A DNA stretch of 64,000 nt, taken from assembly GCA_963846575.1 (NCBI GenBank), contig CAWJWJ010000002.1:2829916-2893915 (forward strand). Direction: 5' to 3'. Positions 7,883-17,136 of the stretch are shown one piece after another (position 1 is the first letter of the stretch; every line of letters starts with the position of its first letter). This DNA is from an uncultured Nitrospiraceae bacterium. Its GTDB lineage: Bacteria; Nitrospirota; Nitrospiria; Nitrospirales; Nitrospiraceae. The position numbers and the translations under genes were made by a program. The notes below the pieces were generated by a model. That model was given only the letters and a program-made list of their open reading frames with translations. It was not told the origin of the DNA and did not search any database.

Positions 7883-10105
7883 ATGACCCCACGATCTTTC
7901 TGCTGCATGACGCTCGCCTGTGCCATCCTGACCATGGGCGGTGTCGGGCGGGCGGCCGATTCCACCAAGACGGCCACGAAACGCGCGTTGCTCATCGGCA
8001 TCAACCGCTACCAGGCGCTGCCCTCGCTCAACGGCTCCCTCAACGACATCGAAACGATGCGGCAGGTCCTCACGACGCGGTGGGGATTTCAACCGCAACG
8101 CATCACGATGCTCACCGACCAGGCTGCCACCCGCGCGGGGATGCTGGCCGCATTCGACAAGCTGGCCAAGGAGACGGGCCCGGATGATGTGGTGTACGTG
8201 CACTATTCCGGCCATGGATCCCAGGTCGAAGATTTCAGCGGCGATGAGACGGACGATCACCTGGACGAGACACTGGTTCCGCACGACGGCCGGACGGCCA
8301 ATGTGCGGGATATTACCGATGACGAGTTGGATGAGATCTTCTCCCGGCTCCAGGCCCGAAGCGTCTTGATCGTGCTCGATTCCTGCCATTCCGGCACGGC
8401 GACGAGATCTCTCGATATCCGTACCCGTTCCGTCCCCAAGGACAGCAGGGTAGAGTTGTACCGCCCCTCCGCCGTGCAGACCCGCCAGGTGGTGCCGGTC
8501 GTGGCTTCACGGTATGTCCTCATGAGCGGGGCCGCGGCCAATCAGGAAGCCCTGGATGGTCCGGTTGAAGGACGGTATCACGGATTTTTCTCCTACTCCC
8601 TGGCCAAGAGCATCGGGAGCGCCGACCGGGCCGCGACTCCGCGCGACATTTTTGCCGGCGTCGAACGCGAAATGCGGCGCATCCAAACCCATTTCGGTCG
8701 CACGTCCATGCCGGAGCCGCAACTGGAAGCTCCCCCCGTTCTGTTGGACAGGCCGCTCCTTCCTTCCTTGAAGGCCCCGGCGTCCCCGGCGGAGGCTGGC
8801 GCCCCGGCGCGTCTTCCCTGGGTGGAAGTGAAAGCCGCCGGAGGCGATGGGTTCCTGCTGCTCCAGGGAGTTCCCCTCGGTGCACAGCCCGGGTCCAGCT
8901 GGACGGTCTTTCCGCCGAACGAGACGGCATTCGTTCCGGGGCAGGCGCTCGGGGTCCTGACCGTCACGCAGGTTCGTGGGAAAGACGCGCTGGCCAAGCC
9001 ACAGAGTGACCCGTTCTCCATTCCCCCCGGCGCGAGGGCCGTGGCGTTTCTTCCTGCGGCTCCACCGGAGCGCATCCCGATACGCCTGTTGGATGTCCCG
9101 CCCGGCCAACGTTCCAAGATCGAAGCGGTGTTGAAACAGTACGGACGCGACGCCCAGATCGTGGAGGCCGGGCAACCGGCGCAGTACCTCGTCGAGGTGA
9201 AGGACAACCGCCTGCAACTCTATTCAGCCGACGGCTTACAGGTCATCAGTTCATTCGCCATGGACGGCCCCCAATGGGGCGCCGGCCTCGCCCTGGTCCT
9301 CTCACGTTCCGCGAATGCCTCCGAACTCCTGACCCTGGACAACCCCTCCTCTCAACTGAAGCTCGCCGTCAAAGTGGCGGGCAGCGCACGCCGGGCCACG
9401 CGGGGGATCGCCGTCGTCGCGGATACGCAGCCGGCTCAGTATCATATTCGCCGGAATGGGGAACCCAGAAGCTCGTCCAACAGTCTGCAACTGGAAATTC
9501 AGGCGAGCGGCGATAGCTACATCACGATCGTCGATGTCGATTCCGAGGGCCATCTCAATCTGCTGTTTCCCAACGACCATCAACAACCGGCCTTCTATCC
9601 CGATGGGCACGTGCGGGCAGGCGAACAGGTGACGATTCCCGATTCTCCACAATCCGGCAACCACGCGGGCTTCCACTGGGATTATGCCGATCCGGCCGGG
9701 ATCGATACCGTTCGTGTCTTCGCGTCCACCGACCTGGACACGGCCCGGGCCATTCGTCAGCGGGTCCGATCCGTTCCGGCACCCGCCGCCGGTACCGCCC
9801 TGGTCATGACCCGATCGGTGGTCGCCAAAGAAGTCATGGACCTTCGACGCGACCTGAGCAAAGTCGCCAGCCGGGGGCTCACGCCCATTTACGATCCCAC
9901 GCCGGCCGCCCTCACCAACCAGCCACCGCCGGCCCCTGATCTTCCCCAGCCGCCGGCTCCGCCGGTCGGCGTTCCACCGCCCCAGCAACAGGCCATGGAG
10001 GCATCGAAGCCTCCCGCCCCGGTCCATCCGGTGACGCAAACGGTGGCCGCCGTTCCATCGTCCGATTGGACGGCCACATCGCTCACCATTCAGGTCGAAC
10101 CCTAA
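7883..10105 (+). CDS. Exported caspase-family (peptidase C14, metacaspase/orthocaspase-like) protease with DUF4384
   Basis: Signal-peptide-like N-terminus; KRALLIGIN.Y, HYSGHG (catalytic His), LDSCHSG (catalytic Cys); C-terminal YITIVDVDSEG.LNLLFPN..GIDTVRVFAS (DUF4384-like) and a Pro-rich tail. Confidence 0.9.
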   Translation: MTPRSFCCMTLACAILTMGGVGRAADSTKTATKRALLIGINRYQALPSLNGSLNDIETMRQVLTTRWGFQPQRITMLTDQAATRAGMLAAFDKLAKETGPDDVVYVHYSGHGSQVEDFSGDETDDHLDETLVPHDGRTANVRDITDDELDEIFSRLQARSVLIVLDSCHSGTATRSLDIRTRSVPKDSRVELYRPSAVQTRQVVPVVASRYVLMSGAAANQEALDGPVEGRYHGFFSYSLAKSIGSADRAATPRDIFAGVEREMRRIQTHFGRTSMPEPQLEAPPVLLDRPLLPSLKAPASPAEAGAPARLPWVEVKAAGGDGFLLLQGVPLGAQPGSSWTVFPPNETAFVPGQALGVLTVTQVRGKDALAKPQSDPFSIPPGARAVAFLPAAPPERIPIRLLDVPPGQRSKIEAVLKQYGRDAQIVEAGQPAQYLVEVKDNRLQLYSADGLQVISSFAMDGPQWGAGLALVLSRSANASELLTLDNPSSQLKLAVKVAGSARRATRGIAVVADTQPAQYHIRRNGEPRSSSNSLQLEIQASGDSYITIVDVDSEGHLNLLFPNDHQQPAFYPDGHVRAGEQVTIPDSPQSGNHAGFHWDYADPAGIDTVRVFASTDLDTARAIRQRVRSVPAPAAGTALVMTRSVVAKEVMDLRRDLSKVASRGLTPIYDPTPAALTNQPPPAPDLPQPPAPPVGVPPPQQQAMEASKPPAPVHPVTQTVAAVPSSDWTATSLTIQVEP

Positions 10106-10352
10106 CCGGCTGCGCGCACGGGTGGCCTGCGGCGCTTACGCGACCTCGACCCGTTCATCCGCGTGACTGAGTAGTTGTGAGTCTCTAAGCTGGTGCCGGC
10201 CGGCTGGGGACTGCGGGTGATCGATCTGAGCGGCGGTGCTTCGAGGATGGCAGGACACTGAATGACAGCGTTCAGGCCCTGCCTCTGTGTAGTGACCACC
10301 GCCGCAACAGGCAGAGGGCGGCGCCTCGCTGAGCAAGGCGCCGCCCGACTCG

Positions 10353-13300
10353 TTACGGCATGGACGCGGTGGAACGGGAAATCTGTCCCTCCCCCTGTTC
10401 CGACTTCGCCCTCTTCGTCGACGGCCCATGCTGACTCAACGGGAGAATCCGTTGGTCGTCCAGCGGGAGGACCTTGAGCAATCCCCACTGGCCGGACTGG
10501 GCGTAGGGCAATCGCTGGTTGCTCCAGACGTAGTCGCCCGGCAGGCGGAAACTTCCGCCAGCGGCGGGAATGAAGGCGTCCAGCGTCTCGGATGCGGAGA
10601 ACTCCACGACGCTGATCTGGTCGGCCCCGCGCATGAACGGCTCGATCGGCCATTCATGTTTTTCGACACCGAACATGCCGTTCTGCTCGTTGCTGGCGCC
10701 GAACACATGGATGCGCACGGGATCACCCGCATGCGCCTCAATGAGCGGCGTCGCAAGACTCTCGGGCTGATCCACCGAACAGGGTTGGAACATCCTGCCT
10801 AAGGTACAGCCGTTCGATTCACGGAACTTGTACGGCTCCGACCGGTAGTTCACGGCGGTCAATCCCGCCGTGTTCTGCACATAGGGCATGAAACTCGTCC
10901 CGATGATGTTGTCCTCATCCTGAAAGAACAGGGCGACATCCCGGTAGTTCGAACGATGCTCGTAGCCCTGAATGGTCCGGTCGACGATCACGTCCGCGAT
11001 CCAGCTATTCTTCGTCGAAATATCCGCGCCGGTCTTCGGATCGCGATAGGAGGCTCCCTTGGGGCCGATCACGATTCCGCCGAACAGGCCGTTGCGCGGG
11101 TTCGTCATCACATTCCCCCAATCCCACACCAGGGAAGCGGTCTCTCCGATGAATGGATCGGCGTAGTAGGTGTACAGCCGGCTCTCACCGGGCGCGACAG
11201 TCTGATCGCCCGGATTGTTGCCGACGTTCGCGCCCAGGGAATCCTTCGGATCGAACGCCAGACCGATCGCCGAGAACGAGGCTCGGCTCTCCTTCATCCT
11301 GTTGGTCAGCTTGACCTTGAGGCAGTCGCCGATATTCGCCCGCAGCGTCAGCGGCATCGGTTGCGCACCGGACGCCACGGTCGCCACGTCTTCCTCCAAG
11401 ACGTAAATCTTGGCCTCGGGGTTGACCATTTGAATGGTCCGCTCGAAATCGACCTCGATGGCGTCCGGCGCCTTCTGGTTCAACTTCATCGACGGGAAAT
11501 CGATCGCCGCGACGTTGAAGCTCTTCACCGGCGCATCGGCAGGACAGACCGCCGGTGCCGGCGGAATCACATTGCGTCCGCTGTAACCGGAGGGCAACTT
11601 CTGCAGATCCGGCACATCCTTATCCAACACCCGCAGGACACCCCAGGCGCCCTCGGAGAACTTGGACGAGCGACCGTTAAAGTGGATGTAGTCGCCCGAC
11701 TGCAGCCTCGGCCCGCCGGCTTGCGGCACCACCAGATCGTACCGCTCGGCGATGCCGATATGAATGGAGTTTTTCCGGTTCGCGTCGCCGGCATACCGTT
11801 CAGTCAAGAAGGTATGACCGGACAGCGTCCAGACCATGCTTTCGTTGGTCATGGTCTGCAACAGCCGGAACACGACCGTATCGCCCAGGTAGGCCCGCAC
11901 CATCGGCGTGTAAGGATCGCCGTGTACGGCGCTGCTGAACAGTTTCGACGGATCCGGATCGGCCTTCAGGCGGCCCGAGATCGGTTCCGCCCTGAAATTG
12001 AGGCTGCCGCCGGTCGTATGTGTGCCGCCGTTCAGGAACGGCATCGGTGTCATCTTGATATGGTCCGGAATCGGGAAGGACACGGTCTTCCCCGCTTCCA
12101 ACGCCACCTCGATCGGCTGACCGGGCGGGTTGCCCGCCGTGACGATATTGATGGTGTGCGGCACGCTATCGTTCAACTGGACCATGAGTTCACGGAAGCT
12201 GCCGTTGACGCCATACCCCACCGGCTCCACGGTCCGGATGTCCGCCAGCGGCCCGCTCCGGATCGGTTTCCCGGTTTTCGGATCGTGGTAGGTGGATCCG
12301 ACCGGCTCGACGATCATCGTGCCGAACCCGCCATGGCCCCAGGTAATCCGGCCCAACGCATGGTCGTGCCAGAACACGGTGCCGACGTCCGAGTCGACCC
12401 AGAACCGCTGCCTGACGAATTCCACCGTCACGATATCCTTGACCGGATGATCGTGTTTCAGCGGCCGAACCAGGGTCAGTTCATTGCCCTTGATCGACTT
12501 GATCCGCCCGACTTCATTCCCGCCCACATTGTCCGCGCCGATCAGGATTTCCACTTCGGGATGGTACTGCGCGGCATTCTTGACGGTAATCACGCGGTCG
12601 CCCTTCTTCGCGGCCTTCGTGAACACCGTGTTCAGCGGCAGCGGCAGACCTTTCTTGGTCTTCTTCTCGAGCATGGTGAAGGGACGCACCGATTGTTCGT
12701 TTGAGAAGCCGGTGATCACGCCGTCCGACGACTGGTTGTCGAACTGCAGGAAGTGCCAATGGGTATTGACCTTGGACGAATGGAAATTCGAGTAGTCGTC
12801 GTCTTCCCATTCGCTGGTCAACATCCAGTCGACGCAATCGTAAATGTTCGACCGCACGACCAACGGGTACTTCAGGTCGTTGTTCTTCCTGATCGCGGCC
12901 TCTTCTTCATGCAGGACATAAATCAACCCGCCTTCATCCTTGATCGCCGGCGTCTCGCCCTGCTGATCGGCCAGCGTCATCGGCGTGTTGATGAAGTGCA
13001 CGTTGTATTTCTTCGAGCCGGCATTCTCAGGACAGAGGCTCCACCGCCCGTTCTCACCGGGCTTCGCAGGATACGAGCTCGGCAATCCGTCGTCGTCCAG
13101 GTGGATCATTTCCAGCCAGGGAGACGGATTGTGATTTTTTGAAAACGGGACGCGCCGCCCGAAATGCGGCTTCAGATGCGGCCATGATACTTTGCCGGTC
13201 AAGGGCTCGAAGACAATCGGCAGCCGTTCACCGGGATGGGCCGACTGGTAGCGCGGATTCGGGACGGTGTTTTCCGGCTCGGTCATCGCGCGATTGCCCT

Positions 13301-15236
13301 GCCAGCCCCAGTTCAACACGCTGGCATCATAGGAACGCGTCTGGTCCCGCTCATCCTGTTTGTGTCCCGGCAGCCCTTGCGGCGGGAACTGCATGTCGAC
13401 CCAGTCTTTCAGGGTGACGATGGCCGGTTCCGCCTTCCAATCGGTTTTGCCCTTCTCGATGATCTTGAATTGTTTCCCAAACCAATCGACGGTCTTGCCG
13501 ATCAGCTCATCGGACGTCACGCCCGTCTTGATGCGGCCCTTGCGGTCCGGCAGCTCCAACAGGTCCGGCATGACGTCGTTATGGTTCGCTCCCTGCTGGA
13601 TCGTGTTGTACACGCGCCAGTAGCCCCACATCCCGGCGATGTAATGATGGGCGACGTGGCAATGGAACAGAAAATCTCCCGCCAGTTGCTGACAGAGCCC
13701 GGACCCGCACTCGGTTTCCAGATCCATCGTTTCGGACGGGCCGATGACTTCCACGTCGACCCGGTCGGACTTCATCCGGATCACCGGATATTTCACCGGA
13801 CCGTTCTTCGCCGCATGCCACAGCGGCATTTCATCGATGGCCCGGGGGCTTCGCGGCCACCGGATGGAGCCGCCATGCGGATGGTGAGAGTGGAAGACTT
13901 CCGACCCGCCGTGCACGAGACGGAACTTGGCCGGGTCGCCGAGGTAACTGCGGGGAATCGTCGTGGCGGGATCGCCGAACGTATAGGCGCTGTAGGCCAT
14001 CGATTCGTCCTCGAACCCGAAATATTCGTGCTGGGTCTGCATGTTGTCGACCCCGAACGGCTCGCTGCGGTAATTCAGCGCGCGGGCCACCGGTCGGTAG
14101 ACGTCGGTCAGGGGATCGCGCTGCGGAATGAAGTCGCCCTTTTTGTTCAGCGGGCGAAAGGCCTCATCTCCGACCTCATGGTAGAAGAGGACGAACTCTC
14201 GAAAATCCGGGCCGGCTCCGTTCTTGATGATGGCCTGCCACCCGCTCTTGGTCGGCTTGGGATCTCCGGTCCCCAGCGGTTCGAGATACTCGGATCCCTT
14301 CGGCTCGATCACGAAGGAACCGAACAGTCCCATCACGGTCAACTCACGATCGTTGCTATAGGAATGGAATTGGCGGCTGCCCTCCTGCTGCGTGGGCGGG
14401 ATGTACCATTCCATCTCCACCGCCTTTCCCGGCGCGGCGATGCTGTCGGGATTCGTGGTGGTGGCCGGCTGACCGGTCGACGACACAATCATGCTGGAGC
14501 CATGGATGTTCAAACTGACTTCTTCGTCGCCTTCCAACTGGTTGCGCAGCGTGAGCTTCACGCAATCGCCCTGGTTGCCGCGCAGGACCAGCGGTTGAAT
14601 CCATTGATTCTGCAATCCGTTCATCACGGCGCCCGGATCGAATCCGTCCTGCTCGCGCGCGTCACGATTCTTGGTCTCTTCAGCGCGAACCTGATCAAGC
14701 GACTCGGTCAGGGCGTACATATAGCCGGGATAAAAATCGAGCCACATGTTCAGCGTGATCTCGACGTTGATGGCCGAGACGTCGTAGCTCCGGACCGGCG
14801 CGCCAGCGGGACAGCGCCCACCCGACAACGACACGGGCTCGACGCCGCTGTTCGACATCAACAACATGTCCTGGGCCCCGGCCCCGTACTGATGCAGCAT
14901 ATTGACGTTGTTGTACATCCCATCGGTGCGCTGATGGTTCGAATCCTGCGCGAGCTGATCGTTGATCTTGTCCATGATGCGCTGGTGCTGCCGCTCCATC
15001 ATGGCCGTCCGCTCGACATGCCCTTCATGCGCATCTTCGACGATGGTTTGCCCCTTGAGTCGCTCCGCCCAGGCCGGCGTCTCGTGCGCCGTCGCATGCA
15101 GGTCGGCAGGCGCCGCCGAGACGACCTGGAATGCCCCGACGCACAACGATGGCAGCAACAGACCCATGAGGGACATCCAGGCCGCCGACGGCCTTCGCTG
15201 AGACCCCTTGCTCGCCCTAGTTCGTGCCGATTTCAT
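10353..15236 (-). CDS. Very large multidomain multicopper oxidase (MnxG-like size)
   Basis: Cu motifs HSHHPH, HCHVAHH..GM, THWH and WHDH; signal sequence; GAGGAGG RBS before ATG 15236. Confidence 0.88.
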   Translation of the reverse strand: MKSARTRASKGSQRRPSAAWMSLMGLLLPSLCVGAFQVVSAAPADLHATAHETPAWAERLKGQTIVEDAHEGHVERTAMMERQHQRIMDKINDQLAQDSNHQRTDGMYNNVNMLHQYGAGAQDMLLMSNSGVEPVSLSGGRCPAGAPVRSYDVSAINVEITLNMWLDFYPGYMYALTESLDQVRAEETKNRDAREQDGFDPGAVMNGLQNQWIQPLVLRGNQGDCVKLTLRNQLEGDEEVSLNIHGSSMIVSSTGQPATTTNPDSIAAPGKAVEMEWYIPPTQQEGSRQFHSYSNDRELTVMGLFGSFVIEPKGSEYLEPLGTGDPKPTKSGWQAIIKNGAGPDFREFVLFYHEVGDEAFRPLNKKGDFIPQRDPLTDVYRPVARALNYRSEPFGVDNMQTQHEYFGFEDESMAYSAYTFGDPATTIPRSYLGDPAKFRLVHGGSEVFHSHHPHGGSIRWPRSPRAIDEMPLWHAAKNGPVKYPVIRMKSDRVDVEVIGPSETMDLETECGSGLCQQLAGDFLFHCHVAHHYIAGMWGYWRVYNTIQQGANHNDVMPDLLELPDRKGRIKTGVTSDELIGKTVDWFGKQFKIIEKGKTDWKAEPAIVTLKDWVDMQFPPQGLPGHKQDERDQTRSYDASVLNWGWQGNRAMTEPENTVPNPRYQSAHPGERLPIVFEPLTGKVSWPHLKPHFGRRVPFSKNHNPSPWLEMIHLDDDGLPSSYPAKPGENGRWSLCPENAGSKKYNVHFINTPMTLADQQGETPAIKDEGGLIYVLHEEEAAIRKNNDLKYPLVVRSNIYDCVDWMLTSEWEDDDYSNFHSSKVNTHWHFLQFDNQSSDGVITGFSNEQSVRPFTMLEKKTKKGLPLPLNTVFTKAAKKGDRVITVKNAAQYHPEVEILIGADNVGGNEVGRIKSIKGNELTLVRPLKHDHPVKDIVTVEFVRQRFWVDSDVGTVFWHDHALGRITWGHGGFGTMIVEPVGSTYHDPKTGKPIRSGPLADIRTVEPVGYGVNGSFRELMVQLNDSVPHTINIVTAGNPPGQPIEVALEAGKTVSFPIPDHIKMTPMPFLNGGTHTTGGSLNFRAEPISGRLKADPDPSKLFSSAVHGDPYTPMVRAYLGDTVVFRLLQTMTNESMVWTLSGHTFLTERYAGDANRKNSIHIGIAERYDLVVPQAGGPRLQSGDYIHFNGRSSKFSEGAWGVLRVLDKDVPDLQKLPSGYSGRNVIPPAPAVCPADAPVKSFNVAAIDFPSMKLNQKAPDAIEVDFERTIQMVNPEAKIYVLEEDVATVASGAQPMPLTLRANIGDCLKVKLTNRMKESRASFSAIGLAFDPKDSLGANVGNNPGDQTVAPGESRLYTYYADPFIGETASLVWDWGNVMTNPRNGLFGGIVIGPKGASYRDPKTGADISTKNSWIADVIVDRTIQGYEHRSNYRDVALFFQDEDNIIGTSFMPYVQNTAGLTAVNYRSEPYKFRESNGCTLGRMFQPCSVDQPESLATPLIEAHAGDPVRIHVFGASNEQNGMFGVEKHEWPIEPFMRGADQISVVEFSASETLDAFIPAAGGSFRLPGDYVWSNQRLPYAQSGQWGLLKVLPLDDQRILPLSQHGPSTKRAKSEQGEGQISRSTASMP

Positions 15237-15424
15237 GCCTCTACCTCCTCGTGAAACCGTCATCACCGTAACCTCAATTCAAAATCGTTCGGTCAGGCGC
15301 CGCCGAACCTGCCGCTCATGGAGTGGATCACTCCGGAGGCCGGTCCTTTGTTCACTCATCCGTGAACCGGACGGGTGACCTGTGGTCCTTACACCGTTGG
15401 ACCTGTACGTACCAACGGCAGTAG

Positions 15425-15440
15425 AGCAACTCCCGTTCCT
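15425..15440 (-). promoter_or_regulatory. Putative sigma-54 -24/-12 promoter (AGGAACG-GGAG-TTGCT)
   Basis: GG-N10-GC spacing and TTGC, oriented toward the oxidase gene. Confidence 0.6.
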
Positions 15441-15512
15441 CATCTGAACAGTCTGAAAAAGCGACAATCCGCCGTGAATTGTGGCGGAGAACGATCACGG
15501 CCGGATCGGGAA

Positions 15513-15624
15513 ATGGGACATCGATGCCCCATCATCAGCGGGTGAAACAGGTGTAAGCGATCGAGTTTGTTATCGAAGTGTGGTGGTCGGAAGATTGCGC
15601 CCGCATGGGACATCGATGCCCCAT
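15513..15624. promoter_or_regulatory. Two identical 20-bp near-palindromes ATGGGACATCGATGCCCCAT (15513-15532, 15605-15624); putative enhancer-binding-protein UAS
   Basis: Exact direct repeat of a dyad-symmetric sequence, about 70-180 nt upstream of the sigma-54 element. Confidence 0.65.
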
Positions 15625-15717
15625 GGCGGAGGCCGGTCACGTCGAACGAAATGTCCGGCCATCGGAAACGGTGAGTTTTGACCGTTTCAGGAAACGGCCG
15701 GCCTGCTTAACGGGGCA

Positions 15718-17136
15718 TCAACAGAGCGCGCGGAGTCCGTGTTTCTTCACCATGCGCTCGATGGTCTTGCGGTCGACACCGGCCTCGCGCGCGGCGCGGC
15801 CCATGTGCCCTTCGTGCCGCTTCAAGAGCTCGATCAGGAAGCTGCGCTCAAACGTGGTGACGGCCGCTTGTTTCGCATGTTTGAACGACGCGGCTTCGCC
15901 GGAACCTGCATCATCCGTCTCGATCTTGCGCAGGCGCTCCGGCAGGTGGGCATTCAAGATGAGCGGACCCTCGGCGAGTACCGCAGCCCGCTCGATGACA
16001 TTTTGCAGTTCACGGACATTGCCCGGCCAGGAGTACCGGCACAACAGGTCCGTCGCGGACGCACTCAACTCCGGCACGAACGCGGCGCCGGGTCGTTGTT
16101 GTTTCAGGAACCGCCGGAGAAATTCCCTGGCCAGGAGCGGAATATCCCCGTCCCTGTTCCGCAACGGCGGCAGAGCGATGGGAATGACGTTCAGGCGGTA
16201 ATAGAGGTCCTCGCGAAACTCACCGCGCCGGCAGGCCGCTTCGAGATCTTGATTGGAGGCTGCAATCACGCGCACGTCCACCTCCATGAACCGGATTCCG
16301 CCGACCCGTCGCATGTGCCGCTCCTGCAAGACGCGCAACAGGCGTGACTGCAGGGTCTGGCTCATCCCGCTGACTTCGTCGAGAAAGACCGTCCCGCCCG
16401 ACGCCACTTCAAACAACCCTGGTTTTGATACGTGAGCCCCGGTGAAGGCCCCCTTTTCATGGCCGAAGAGTTCCGATTCGAGCAAGGTATCGGGAAGGGA
16501 AACGCAATCCACGGGCACGAAGGGGCGGTCGGCCCGGAGGCTGGCGTCATGAATCGCATGCGCGACCAACTCTTTTCCTGTTCCGCTTTCCCCGTAGACC
16601 AGGACGTTCGAATGGGTGGGGGCGACTTTTTGAATCAGATCAAAGACCGTGTGCATGGCCCGGCTTTCGCCGATGACGGACGCGAATCTGGCGGGCCTGC
16701 GTGCAGGCATCGGATTCCGGTCCTCCTGTTGTCCGGCCGCTACGGTTTCCGGACCGAGACCCGCGCTCCCTGCCGCGAACGCGCGACGGGCCACTTGCAG
16801 AAGATCGCTGCTCGCAAACGGCTTGGTGATGTAGTCGAACGCCCCATACCGCATGGAACTCACGGCGGTCTCCACGGTGGCGTGGGCCGTCAGCAGGACG
16901 ACCTGCACGGAAGGATCGAGACGCTTGGCGGCCGTCAAGACTTCGATCCCGTCCAGATCGGGCATTCGTAGATCGGTGAGAATCAGGCCGGGGCGTTCGC
17001 GCTGAATGATCTCGAGCGCGCGCACCGGATTACATTCCGTGAGGCAGTCGTACGGGACGCGGCTCAGGATGCGGCGACAATTGTCCAGTGCATCCTGCTC
17101 GTCGTCGACGATCAGGATTTTTCCTGCAATCCCCAT
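15718..17136 (-). CDS. Sigma-54-dependent response regulator (REC-AAA+-Fis HTH)
   Basis: [36 protein letters not shown] and a C-terminal HTH. Confidence 0.95.
   Translation of the reverse strand: MGIAGKILIVDDEQDALDNCRRILSRVPYDCLTECNPVRALEIIQRERPGLILTDLRMPDLDGIEVLTAAKRLDPSVQVVLLTAHATVETAVSSMRYGAFDYITKPFASSDLLQVARRAFAAGSAGLGPETVAAGQQEDRNPMPARRPARFASVIGESRAMHTVFDLIQKVAPTHSNVLVYGESGTGKELVAHAIHDASLRADRPFVPVDCVSLPDTLLESELFGHEKGAFTGAHVSKPGLFEVASGGTVFLDEVSGMSQTLQSRLLRVLQERHMRRVGGIRFMEVDVRVIAASNQDLEAACRRGEFREDLYYRLNVIPIALPPLRNRDGDIPLLAREFLRRFLKQQRPGAAFVPELSASATDLLCRYSWPGNVRELQNVIERAAVLAEGPLILNAHLPERLRKIETDDAGSGEAASFKHAKQAAVTTFERSFLIELLKRHEGHMGRAAREAGVDRKTIERMVKKHGLRALC

Noticed and set aside
6575..10105. 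CRISPR-associated caspase/sigma module (Craspase- or PCaspase-like)
   Set aside because: No cas, SAVED, CARF or CHAT genes in the window; the protease appears exported and the anti-sigma is membrane-bound.
10956..15254. Long plus-strand ORFs (582 aa, 672 aa) and similar ORFs opposite mdtABC
   Set aside because: Antisense shadows of GC-rich genes with no recognisable motifs.
15513..15624. 20-bp direct repeat as a mini-CRISPR
   Set aside because: Only two copies, a 72-nt gap and no cas genes; the position fits enhancer sites better.
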